DNA of 64,000 nucleotides. Origin: a virus. Where the stretch lies: positions 51,977 to 115,976 of IMG/VR virus record IMGVR_UViG_3300032323_000670, one strand, 5' to 3'. The translations under genes and the position numbers were made by a program. Positions 9,003 through 18,700 of this stretch are shown here, piece after piece. A model generated the notes under the pieces. The model searched no databases. It saw nothing but the letters and a program-made list of their open reading frames with translations, and had not been told where the DNA came from. How positions within the stretch are numbered: the stretch's first letter is position 1; every line of letters begins with the position of its first letter.

Positions 9003-9270
9003 CTTGTTTGTTTATAGTGTTTATACTGTTAACTCTTTGAATATCAACAATTTCCAAACTATCTTGAAGAATCTTAAGCTTTAATGAATCTACTAAGATA
9101 CTATCTTGTACGGCATCAGCATAAGCTTGACGCTTAAGGTCCTCTATCTTAAGATCTTTTACCTTATTCTTATATTGTAATATTGCGATAAAGGTTACAA
9201 TTGCTACAAGAGCTACTATAACAGCTATATCACTGTACAGCTTCTTCAGTTGGCGGCTTGTCATTGGCAT
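8899..9270 (-). CDS. Putative i-spanin (Rz-like)
   Basis: Single N-terminal TM segment (IAVIVALVAIVTFIAIL) followed by a coiled coil; lies in the lysis cassette. Confidence 0.55.
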   Translation of the reverse strand: MPMTSRQLKKLYSDIAVIVALVAIVTFIAILQYKNKVKDLKIEDLKRQAYADAVQDSILVDSLKLKILQDSLEIVDIQRVNSINTINKQDDKDKGNRDIVIAIIPNATDEQRDRIWAAYSPKN

Positions 9271-9511
9271 CTTCTTTAGATTTAAACGGTATATTCATTT
9301 TTTGTGTAAAGACTCCCTCTATCATAGTACCTACAAATACCCCACCACCTATGAACATAATGGTGTTATACATGTACTCTGGAGTTTTGTACTCTGAGAA
9401 TGTAGCTATCCATGCTAAGGCAGACCCTGTAAGAATACAGTAGAGACCTACAAGTCTTTTAGAACTCTGGTCTCCGTCTTTACTTAATATGGATAGGATC
9501 CACTTTTTCAT
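9230..9511 (-). CDS. Putative holin (2 TM)
   Basis: SSKR followed by two TM helices and a charged tail; close to the endolysin. Confidence 0.6.
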   Translation of the reverse strand: MKKWILSILSKDGDQSSKRLVGLYCILTGSALAWIATFSEYKTPEYMYNTIMFIGGGVFVGTMIEGVFTQKMNIPFKSKEDANDKPPTEEAVQ

Positions 9512-9678
9512 TTCTTTAATTCTTTAATAGTGTCGTTGCACTCTTCCAGTCTTTTAATAAGTCTTTCTTTTTCAGCTCTATCTCTTTTCCAGTATTGCCA
9601 TAGTATAAATCCCATTGCTAAGGTCATTATTCCTAATGCTCCAAAGTCTATTAGTCTTTCTATAAACGCTTGTTCCAT
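9508..9678 (-). CDS. 56-aa single-TM plus coiled-coil protein (BhlA-like holin/antiholin)
   Basis: Manually translated MEQAFIERLIDFGALGIMTLAMGFILWQYWKRDRAEKERL...; starts 1 nt after the endolysin stop and has an ATGA overlap with the holin. Confidence 0.65.
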   Translation of the reverse strand: MEQAFIERLIDFGALGIMTLAMGFILWQYWKRDRAEKERLIKRLEECNDTIKELKK

Positions 9679-9679
9679 T

Positions 9680-10225
9680 TTAAAATTCTCTTAGTAATGT
9701 ATACGTAAATGTCTTTTTACCAGATGCTTTACAAGCTGCAATCAATGTACCATATTGCTTAGGATCATTAAGTACTTGACATCCTGCTGACCACTTATCT
9801 ATAATACTAGAGATAGCTGATGGGTTAGCGCGGTGTATGTTAATACCAAATAGACCGGTATCCTCTTTACCTTGCTCTTCAGCAGTATCATCTTTGTCAC
9901 CATCACGGTATACAGTTACAGGTTTACGTTGTACTAATGCTTCATACTTACCTTGGTGTAATCCTAATTGGTAAGCATCTACGTATTGTCCTGGCTTTAA
10001 TACTGCTGTACCTTTTGGGTTCAGTAAGTTCTTCAACCAGTGTGTACCTGGGTTAGTTGTACCAGAAAATATCTGTTGCATTGGACCATTGATCAAGTAG
10101 ATATGATCATCAAACTTGTTCTTCTCATTAGCTTTAGACCTGATACCTACAACATGTAGGGTTGGCCATTGATAACCGAATCTAGCAAATTCTGCTTCTA
10201 GTTCTGTGTAAGAATACTTTTTCAT
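9680..10225 (-). CDS. Putative endolysin with L,D-transpeptidase (YkuD)-like catalytic motif
   Basis: GINIHRA...WSAGCQV (H-x14-S-x-G-C); next to holin-like genes. Confidence 0.7.
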   Translation of the reverse strand: MKKYSYTELEAEFARFGYQWPTLHVVGIRSKANEKNKFDDHIYLINGPMQQIFSGTTNPGTHWLKNLLNPKGTAVLKPGQYVDAYQLGLHQGKYEALVQRKPVTVYRDGDKDDTAEEQGKEDTGLFGINIHRANPSAISSIIDKWSAGCQVLNDPKQYGTLIAACKASGKKTFTYTLLREF

Positions 10226-13200
10226 TATTTAATAGTTTGTATAGTTTCCATGTTTTTCAATCTCTGAATAGGATCCACCTGTGTACCAGTAAGACCAAAG
10301 AAGCTCTTAAGAAAATAGTTTGCTAGCTTAAGTCCGCCTTCATCTTGCCAAGCATATGGTCCAACAGACTTATCATAATAAGCACCTTCATCACCTGTCA
10401 CTAACATCCAAGCTCCATTAATTATCTTAACATAGTTAGTAATAGTATTACCAAATGCTATAGAGTCCATATTTAAAATGTTCTTGTAGTCATCTAAACC
10501 GTACCCTGGCCAAGGAATGAATGCTGTGTTCTCATTCAGTGTTGCTTTAGTTAAGAAGAGTAAGTGATTAGACATATAACCTGATAAGTTAAACTCTGTT
10601 CCTTGCTCTCTTGTCCAAGGTAATGGTAAGAATCCAGACTTAGCTTTTAGTTTTTTGAAACGGTCTTCATCATCCTCATCATAATTAAACAAAAGTTTGA
10701 TTAGTACACCCGCCATGATTGATACTACAAGCTCAGTTAGCATCTTCTTCATAGCTACTTTTTCATGCGGCAACATGAATTTAAAATCTCTACCTAATGT
10801 TTTGATACCTCTTACAAGATATGCTATAGATGCTGTGTAATAACCCAGTTGCATTTGATTTGCTCCAACATCCCATCTAGCTTCAGGTTCTAAGAAGTTA
10901 CCTCTGTATCCCCATCTGTTTATAAACATACCCACAAAGAAGCGCTTAAGGAAAGACATTGTACGGAATACAAGATATCTATCTCCCATACTTCTATCAT
11001 ATGATGCATATGCTCCATTCAACCTTCGGTTGGTAGACTGAATCTTTTTGCGCATCATTTTGTACTTCTTACCACCTACACCCCATTCAGGATCAATACC
11101 CTCTTTAAGTTGTATCTGACCATCTTTAACTTCCCAAGCTTCTATATAAGGAATAGTTTTAGTAACTCCGTTTATAGTTTGCTCTACAGTTTGATGGTGC
11201 ATCATACCTCCAAATAAACCTAGAGTAGCATTCATCTGTGTCCACTCTCTGGTATTAGTTAACCAGCTCCTGGACATGAAGTCTTTTGCAAATGTTCTAG
11301 ATATACCTTCAGTCATCTTACCTTTTCTACTATCTAACATCTTCTGGTCAGGATCAAACAGTTCATACATCTGAACGTTTAATGACTTAGGACCAAACTT
11401 ATATATCTGAAAGCTTACTTCAGCTGCAGTAATATTACCAAACAAAGTTCCTTTAGCTAAGCTAGTAGGTGTAATTGCGTCACCTCCTGCAGATTCAATC
11501 ATTGCCTGATACCTAGCACCAAAGGAGTTCTTAAGTGCAGAGTGTATATCTAATGCAAAGAAAGACATAGAGGATAATCCAAGAAGCTTATTAGTAATCT
11601 TGTTTAGTCCAACCATATCAACAGTTGCACCAGCTTGAGTCTTACCTTCAAACTCTCTTTCTATAAGTGAATTAATAACTTGAGCCCTTACTGAGTCACC
11701 CTTTTCAGTAGAAAAGCGCATAACACCTTTATTTAGAAAGTCTGACTTACTTGCTTTCTTCATGTTTCTGATAGCACCCTTCTTACCATTTACTACCTGT
11801 TGTAATGATCTTACTTCAGGACTAATCTCAATAAGTTTCTTTTGTCTTTCCGCACTCTGCATATAACGCATCATACCTTGGAGAACGTCTTCAGATGCTT
11901 CCTCTGGTGTGAAATCATACTTACCTGTAATAGGAATATCAGCCGTCTCATTATCAAATAAGTCTAGATTAACAAGTGCTACATCAGCCTGTGGAGGATA
12001 ACCATCTTCCAAGTCATCTTTTGCTCTACTGAATGTTGCTTTAATATTACTTGCCCAAGATGATAGCTTAGTTCTAGCATCTCCATTTAACATAGTCTCA
12101 CTAAACTCTTTACGGTATCTAGGTATGTATACACCTAGTTTAGCATTTGCGTTAAGACCTTCTTGGTTCTCTAAGTGATAATACAAAAGTTTATTAATCA
12201 GGTTAAACTGATTTAAGTTACGTGATTTAATGTTATAGTACTCTTCATTGCGGTACTTACCATTAGCTTTCGGTAACCATTTACCATTATGATCCACAGT
12301 AGCAAGTGAAAGATCTCCCTTATCAAGGGCTTCCTTCATTGTAACTTTTTTAGTCTTGTAGATTTCTTTAACGTCTCTCTTAAAGTAGTTAATGTTTGGT
12401 ACTACACCCCGTAGAGTTTCTGTTACCTTACCTGTTTCATCTAAGATATCTGTGTTCTCAAGATAGCTAGGATCATAGGGTACAGTAATACTCCATGCGG
12501 CAGTTCTTTTATATCTTCTTACTTGTTTACCATTAGGCATGTAGTACTCTTGTAAAACATGGTTAGCTAAGAACCAAGCTTTGAACTTAGAGCTCTGCTC
12601 CATCATCATATCAGCTATCTCAGGTTCAAGTAAACTATCTACAGTATTTACATCAAACTCACTTATGTTAAGAAGCTCTTTAAGTTTCTTAAGATCAATA
12701 GAATCTTTAGGATCTTCACCAGCTTTAAGAAACTCGTTTACTCTATCTACATAGTGTGTGGTAGCTCTCTTACTAGAAAGTTCTCCTAGTTGTTTTCTTA
12801 TATCTCTAAGCTCATCAATCTCACCGTCAGTAAGACCTAAGTTGTTTCTTCTATCTTGTATCTCATGATAAGCTTTCGCTCTTGCTGTATCCTCAAGAGG
12901 ATTTACTTTACTATAACCTAATTGGAATAGTCCAAGTTCTTCATCAAATCTATCTAGGAATTCTTGATCAGATCTACTTATACCTTGTAAAGTAGTTAAG
13001 TCATCCTTGATTAATTCATACTCAGCTTCTAACTCTTGAATTTTCTTAAGCTTTGCAGGAGTCATTATACTAGCATCAGGTTGACCGTTATCATCACGGA
13101 ATCCACCCAGCTGTTTGTATAACTCATCAAGTACTTCAATAGATCTTATATCAGCCTGCTTATCTTTTGGTAGCTGACTGAGTATTTCTTTCATCCTGTC

Positions 13201-15774
13201 AACAAGCGTTCTGCGCTTTTCATAGTAGGATGGTTTGATCTTTACTACAGTATTTCTATTAATCCAGTCTTGACGCAATCTTCTAAATTCAGTATCACCA
13301 TACTTTACAGCGGGGTTAGTATCTAAGATATACTGCTCATATGATTTGAGCGCACCTTGAAACATACCCTCTCTTTCATTCCACTGGTAATACTTATTAG
13401 TGACTTGTCTATGCTCAAGTAATCTCTGGGCAATGGCAAGGTCTTCTCCTTGTTTCATACTACCGTCAGGATTAGTAAGAGCATATAGTTCTTGGTATTC
13501 TCTCCAATAGATATTAAGTTCTGATAGGTAGTCAGGGTCATTTCTCTCATCTGGACTATTAAGAGAAGCGTTATGGTTAGTAATCTTTTGAAGTATTAAC
13601 CAACGTTTATTATAAGCCTTTTTACCAATATCATCTTTTAGTAAGACCTCATCTTTCTCATACACCTCATCAGAGAAATCTCTATAGAATTCTCTCATCA
13701 TCATCTCTCTTTCTATGTACAGTTTATCCAGCTCATCGCTGTTTCCTGTCTCCATTTGTTTAAGTTGAGCTTGTTTGATTTGTTCATTCTTTCTATCAAG
13801 CTCAATCTCATATCCTTTAACGTGGTGAATAAACGCACGTCTATCACGTTCTTCAAACTTACCCTCTTGAGTTCTTATACCCTGCTTGTCTATATAGCCA
13901 ACTAAAGCCATAAGACCTTTTACATCATTAGGATTATACCCAACTGCATCAGTAAGTTTTTTAATTTCTTGAACCTGCAGGTTGTATTTCTTCTGTACAG
14001 CATTCATTACATCAATGACATTGTCACTAATATAAGAAGCAAGACCAAACACAACAGGATCTTGTATATTCATATAAGCTTCTAACCAAGCACCAATAGC
14101 TCCGGTATCTCCCATCTCACCACCTAACCACTTCTTAAGAGTATCCTTGTTTACTTTAGCACCTTCATATTCTCTAAGGTAACGGTCAACAAGATCTTGT
14201 GGTGCGCCTTTCTTTTTAAGCTCACTTATAATTTCATTATAGTGTCTATCTACCTCAAGGGATAGGGGTTCTAATACATTAGCAAGTAACTCAGATGAAC
14301 CTTCAAGATTCATATTTTCTACAAGAGAGTCAGCAGTAGATAACTTAGCTTCTATACCACCAATAAGGTCAAGGATAGGACCAAGGACTTCTCCAGCTTC
14401 AGCAAATGCTTCACGAGATTCATCAAGGGTCTTCTTCCACTCATTGATTACTTGCTGGTAATAATAAAACTTTTTAACCTTAGTGGGGTCATTCTTACGC
14501 TTAGATAGCTCCTGCATGTGAAGAACCATCTTTTCACTCATAGCTTTAATACTAAACATAGTATTTACATAAGCCCGGGCTCTAGCATCAGTATACTCAA
14601 GTAACTCTTCTGTACCTGTAAATCTATCATTAAGTTCTTTCTGAAATCCTTTAAGATTATTCATGATAACTTCAAAGTCAGAACCAGAGAATTGAGACTC
14701 TAATATAAGAGCCATCTCATCTAGATTTTGGTTATCTTGAATACGTTTGATCTGAGTGCGTGCAGTACGGTAAATGTTATTGATACTCTCAGTAATAGCT
14801 ATAGCACCTTCATCAGTCTTAGACTTAACAAGAACATCATCAATGTATAGATTCTGGTCTTTAATGAAAGCAACAAAGTCAGCTTGATTCACAGAGTCTA
14901 TCTTAAATTCTACAGCTGCCTCAGTGAATATCTTAGACAGGTCGTCCAAGGTGGTGTACTCAGAGAGTTCAGAGATATTGATCTTCTTATCCCCAGAGCT
15001 CTTACGTATGAACTGACGTAGATTGTACAGCATTTCTTTCAACCATTCAAGGAAGCCTTTAGATAAAGGTTTACCATCACGCTTAGCCATAGCGGATTTG
15101 GTGAGGGATTTTACTATCACTTCTTCCTTAAAGTAATCTGACTCAGGGTCTAGTCTCCCAAACCCCTCGGTAACCATATCAATCATCTGCATACCTTCCT
15201 CTGTCTTAGATAACTGTTCATACAGTTTACTAAACAATGCTGGGTTCTCTACAGCAATAGCTCTTACAAACGGGTGAGCAAACTCATGGAAAGCTGTCTC
15301 CATGTTTAATTTATCCTTGATAAAGTATACTTGACCTCCTACAAAGAATCCAGCCTCTCCGCTATATGGGGTACCCGATGCTTTTAATATCTCTAGAGCT
15401 TCTTCCTCATTGATCATATTATATGCTATCCCGAGTCTTTGTGAGAAGCTACCTATAATAGCATCTAGTACAGCGTTACCTGAACTAGAGCTTATATCCA
15501 TAGGACTTATGTTAATTGGATTAAAGATTGTATTAAAGATGGGTATTCTGGCAGCTAACTCTTTTAAGTTATCCATTTCTGTTTTACCAAAAGCATCTGG
15601 ATTCTCTACGTCAGACTCCTCAGTATATTCTCCGCGGGCCATAAGCTTTTCTATAACATCTTCTACATTACGGACTTCTCCATTGTTTTCCAAGAAGTCT
15701 TTATAGGCTTGATACTCACCTACTGCAGATACTAAGTCATTCCAATTTTTTCCTGCGGGACAGCTATTTATCAT
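10225..15774 (-). CDS. Giant virion/ejection protein (1849 aa) with N-terminal zincin domain
   Basis: HEFAH at 15274-15288 with downstream EE; mostly helical; hydrophobic segment near the C-terminus; coupled to the RNAP gene. Confidence 0.8.
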   Translation of the reverse strand: MINSCPAGKNWNDLVSAVGEYQAYKDFLENNGEVRNVEDVIEKLMARGEYTEESDVENPDAFGKTEMDNLKELAARIPIFNTIFNPINISPMDISSSSGNAVLDAIIGSFSQRLGIAYNMINEEEALEILKASGTPYSGEAGFFVGGQVYFIKDKLNMETAFHEFAHPFVRAIAVENPALFSKLYEQLSKTEEGMQMIDMVTEGFGRLDPESDYFKEEVIVKSLTKSAMAKRDGKPLSKGFLEWLKEMLYNLRQFIRKSSGDKKINISELSEYTTLDDLSKIFTEAAVEFKIDSVNQADFVAFIKDQNLYIDDVLVKSKTDEGAIAITESINNIYRTARTQIKRIQDNQNLDEMALILESQFSGSDFEVIMNNLKGFQKELNDRFTGTEELLEYTDARARAYVNTMFSIKAMSEKMVLHMQELSKRKNDPTKVKKFYYYQQVINEWKKTLDESREAFAEAGEVLGPILDLIGGIEAKLSTADSLVENMNLEGSSELLANVLEPLSLEVDRHYNEIISELKKKGAPQDLVDRYLREYEGAKVNKDTLKKWLGGEMGDTGAIGAWLEAYMNIQDPVVFGLASYISDNVIDVMNAVQKKYNLQVQEIKKLTDAVGYNPNDVKGLMALVGYIDKQGIRTQEGKFEERDRRAFIHHVKGYEIELDRKNEQIKQAQLKQMETGNSDELDKLYIEREMMMREFYRDFSDEVYEKDEVLLKDDIGKKAYNKRWLILQKITNHNASLNSPDERNDPDYLSELNIYWREYQELYALTNPDGSMKQGEDLAIAQRLLEHRQVTNKYYQWNEREGMFQGALKSYEQYILDTNPAVKYGDTEFRRLRQDWINRNTVVKIKPSYYEKRRTLVDRMKEILSQLPKDKQADIRSIEVLDELYKQLGGFRDDNGQPDASIMTPAKLKKIQELEAEYELIKDDLTTLQGISRSDQEFLDRFDEELGLFQLGYSKVNPLEDTARAKAYHEIQDRRNNLGLTDGEIDELRDIRKQLGELSSKRATTHYVDRVNEFLKAGEDPKDSIDLKKLKELLNISEFDVNTVDSLLEPEIADMMMEQSSKFKAWFLANHVLQEYYMPNGKQVRRYKRTAAWSITVPYDPSYLENTDILDETGKVTETLRGVVPNINYFKRDVKEIYKTKKVTMKEALDKGDLSLATVDHNGKWLPKANGKYRNEEYYNIKSRNLNQFNLINKLLYYHLENQEGLNANAKLGVYIPRYRKEFSETMLNGDARTKLSSWASNIKATFSRAKDDLEDGYPPQADVALVNLDLFDNETADIPITGKYDFTPEEASEDVLQGMMRYMQSAERQKKLIEISPEVRSLQQVVNGKKGAIRNMKKASKSDFLNKGVMRFSTEKGDSVRAQVINSLIEREFEGKTQAGATVDMVGLNKITNKLLGLSSMSFFALDIHSALKNSFGARYQAMIESAGGDAITPTSLAKGTLFGNITAAEVSFQIYKFGPKSLNVQMYELFDPDQKMLDSRKGKMTEGISRTFAKDFMSRSWLTNTREWTQMNATLGLFGGMMHHQTVEQTINGVTKTIPYIEAWEVKDGQIQLKEGIDPEWGVGGKKYKMMRKKIQSTNRRLNGAYASYDRSMGDRYLVFRTMSFLKRFFVGMFINRWGYRGNFLEPEARWDVGANQMQLGYYTASIAYLVRGIKTLGRDFKFMLPHEKVAMKKMLTELVVSIMAGVLIKLLFNYDEDDEDRFKKLKAKSGFLPLPWTREQGTEFNLSGYMSNHLLFLTKATLNENTAFIPWPGYGLDDYKNILNMDSIAFGNTITNYVKIINGAWMLVTGDEGAYYDKSVGPYAWQDEGGLKLANYFLKSFFGLTGTQVDPIQRLKNMETIQTIK

Positions 15775-18700
15775 GATAATCCTTTACATTTTTTAAAAAA
15801 CTCTTTTACATCTGTATCTGTAACAGTTTGTGCTCCAATACCTTTATAGTAACCTTGCACAAACTCACTACCTGACTCTGTACCTAGTGTTGTTGTAACA
15901 CCAGGAGTTTGAGAAGTAAGTAAGCTTAACGTAGGATTCTGGTACGCAAAGTCTTGTAACAACCTCTTAGACAAATATACAAATAAACTAGGAGCAGGTC
16001 TATTATTAGTTCTAACATTTTCTGTTGGTTGAATGTCAAATCCTACAAAGGTCTGACCCAAACCTCTAGATGGAAATACTATCTCCATACCCTGTCCCTT
16101 CTTCTCAAGTAATCTATCTAAAGCTTTATCAATTTGAGCTTTAAGCTTATCATAGTTTTGATCTGTCACAGGTATAGCAGTAGATACGGGAGCAGCTAAA
16201 GTTGGTATACCAAGTGATATACCCATAGCTTTACCTGGCATCCAAGCTTGTCTTGTTTGACTCTTGTCAACAGCATCCATTGATACACCAGTCTCAGTCA
16301 AGAAGAAGTCATCAAATACAAATAGTTTACCTGGATTTGCAGCACCTATTTCTTGTACAGCTTTTGTATCAAGAGCGTATGTACCATTAGAGACAAACTT
16401 TAACTCATCATAGATCAGAGCAGGTTTCATAACCTCAGCAGTTTGTGTATTTACAACTGTAGGTACTCCCGGTTGATTCTTTATTAGTCCTGGGAATGGT
16501 CCACCTGTCTCACCAAGACGTTCTGTTTGCACTCTTTCAAATGAAGCAGCTTGTGTAGTGACTGGAGCTATGGTTGGTTGACTAGCTACAAAATTTTTAA
16601 ATCCTTCTAGATCTTGTTTAGTACCTAATATATGTGTCTGATCAGACTTTCTTACAACGTGTGTTGTATTTTCCATATCAGAATAATCCACACCAATTAA
16701 ACCATCATTATATTTATAATAACTTAATAAGTCTCTTGCATCTTGTGTACGACTTGGAGGTACGAAACCTGGTTTTAAACGTCTTCTGTTGAATTTTACA
16801 TTAGATATAACTACTGGATTTTTTACATTAATTATAACTGGAAGAACAATAGGTGATTCTGATGATCTTGTTCCAGCAAATTCTGTTGCATAATTCAGAT
16901 CAGCTAAAAATATAGCACCTGAACCAAAACCTTCTAACGAATCCCGATCATTAAATTTATCAAACTGAGCAGATGTACCATGGTAAACGATATCCTTAAC
17001 CTTACTGTCTGGGAATATACTGTCAATGTATTGAGAGTATTGTTGTGGTGTACCTATAGAAGAAAGTTCAGGATTAGAATCAAATAGTTCTGTCACACCC
17101 TCCTTAACTGGAGTTTGAGCAGTAGGTTGTATTACTTCAAACTCAATAGCAGCAGCACCATCTTTAAATCTATCTATTACACTTACATCATCATCTCTCC
17201 AACCTTCTTTTGTCCAAGTTCCTTTCCAACCTGCAGACCCTTTAGGATGAATAGAAGTTACTCTAGCATAAACAGTTTTAGTAGTACCATCTGCGGACTT
17301 ACCGTAGTGTTTAACAACATCTCCTACTTTGATACCATACTTACCCATTTCACCTTCACTTCTAGTAGTTCTAGTTCTGAACCCTGCTTCTATCATATCA
17401 ATAGAATGAGCGTTAGGACCGAGAGCTTCTATTACTTCAGGGTTAGCCGTTACTGTAGAACCGAATGAGTTTATACCTGATACTTTGTTCTGAGGTATAT
17501 TAGCTACAGCTTGTTGACTTACATCAACTTGAGTAGAAGTTTCAACCGTAGGCTTAGGAGATACTAGCTTATCAAACTTCTCATTAAATATAATGTTAGA
17601 AGGTATAGGTCCTGCAGCATTAAACATATCTGCCATCTCTTTACCACTATAACCATTAAGATTAGTTTCAGAGTAGTCCGATACCAAGAACTCCTTATTA
17701 GAGTTTTGTTTAGCATACTCATACAAACCTTTGATTTCATCTATGATTTCTTCAGGAGTACTAGACTTTTTTACATCATAGAACTTCTTAGTTACAATCG
17801 CATAAGACTGTCCTTGTAACCCTCTACTTTGACCTTGGATAGCTCCAAATCTATCTTTAGCTAGTTTTGCGGAACCTGATCCATGTGTAGGTTTACCTCC
17901 TTTAGAACTTCCTTCATTAGAACCAAATACAAATATCTGATTTGGTTGTAAACTATCTACTTTACCAGAATATGTTTTACGAGCAGCAGAAGCCTGTGCT
18001 GATTGACCAAAGGTCTTTTTGTATACATCTCTGATTGCTTGTTCAGCTTCAGCAGACATACCTCTACTACCAATAGCTGCAAAGTTTCTAGTAAGAGTTG
18101 GTGTTTCAATAGCTACAAACTGAGAACCATCCCATGTATACCATCCTTTTGGTAAATGTGATTGAGCTTTAGCATTAGGATCATTGTATACATAAACCGG
18201 TTTACCTGCTTGTATAGCCATCTCAACTGCATACCCAGTACCACCTTGAACAATTTCAGACTTGATTACTATTCTTTGTTCTTCTTTTTTCTTATTCACA
18301 TCTTCACTCCAAACGTCACCTACTTTACCAATAGGTGCAATAGCAAATACCGCATCAGAATAATACACCTGAGCCCAGTTTCTAATCAGTCTCTCGTCTT
18401 TCATTGTAGCATACGCATATGGTACAATTTTACCAACTTTCATCTTATTACCCCACATTTTATTAGCAGCTTCAGCTACTTTAGATGCTCCGGTAACAGC
18501 AACTTGTAATTCAGTTATGTCAACATTACCCTTAGGAGCATTCTTTTCAGAACGTGTTCCTGTATAGTAATGGTTAAACTTAACAGGTCCAAACTCTTGC
18601 CCTATCTCATCCCACTTAGTATCTGCACCCGCAGCTCCACCAGAATGACCTCTAACATTTGATGGTCTTAGTGCACCTGTCAAACTACCTATAGAAGAAC

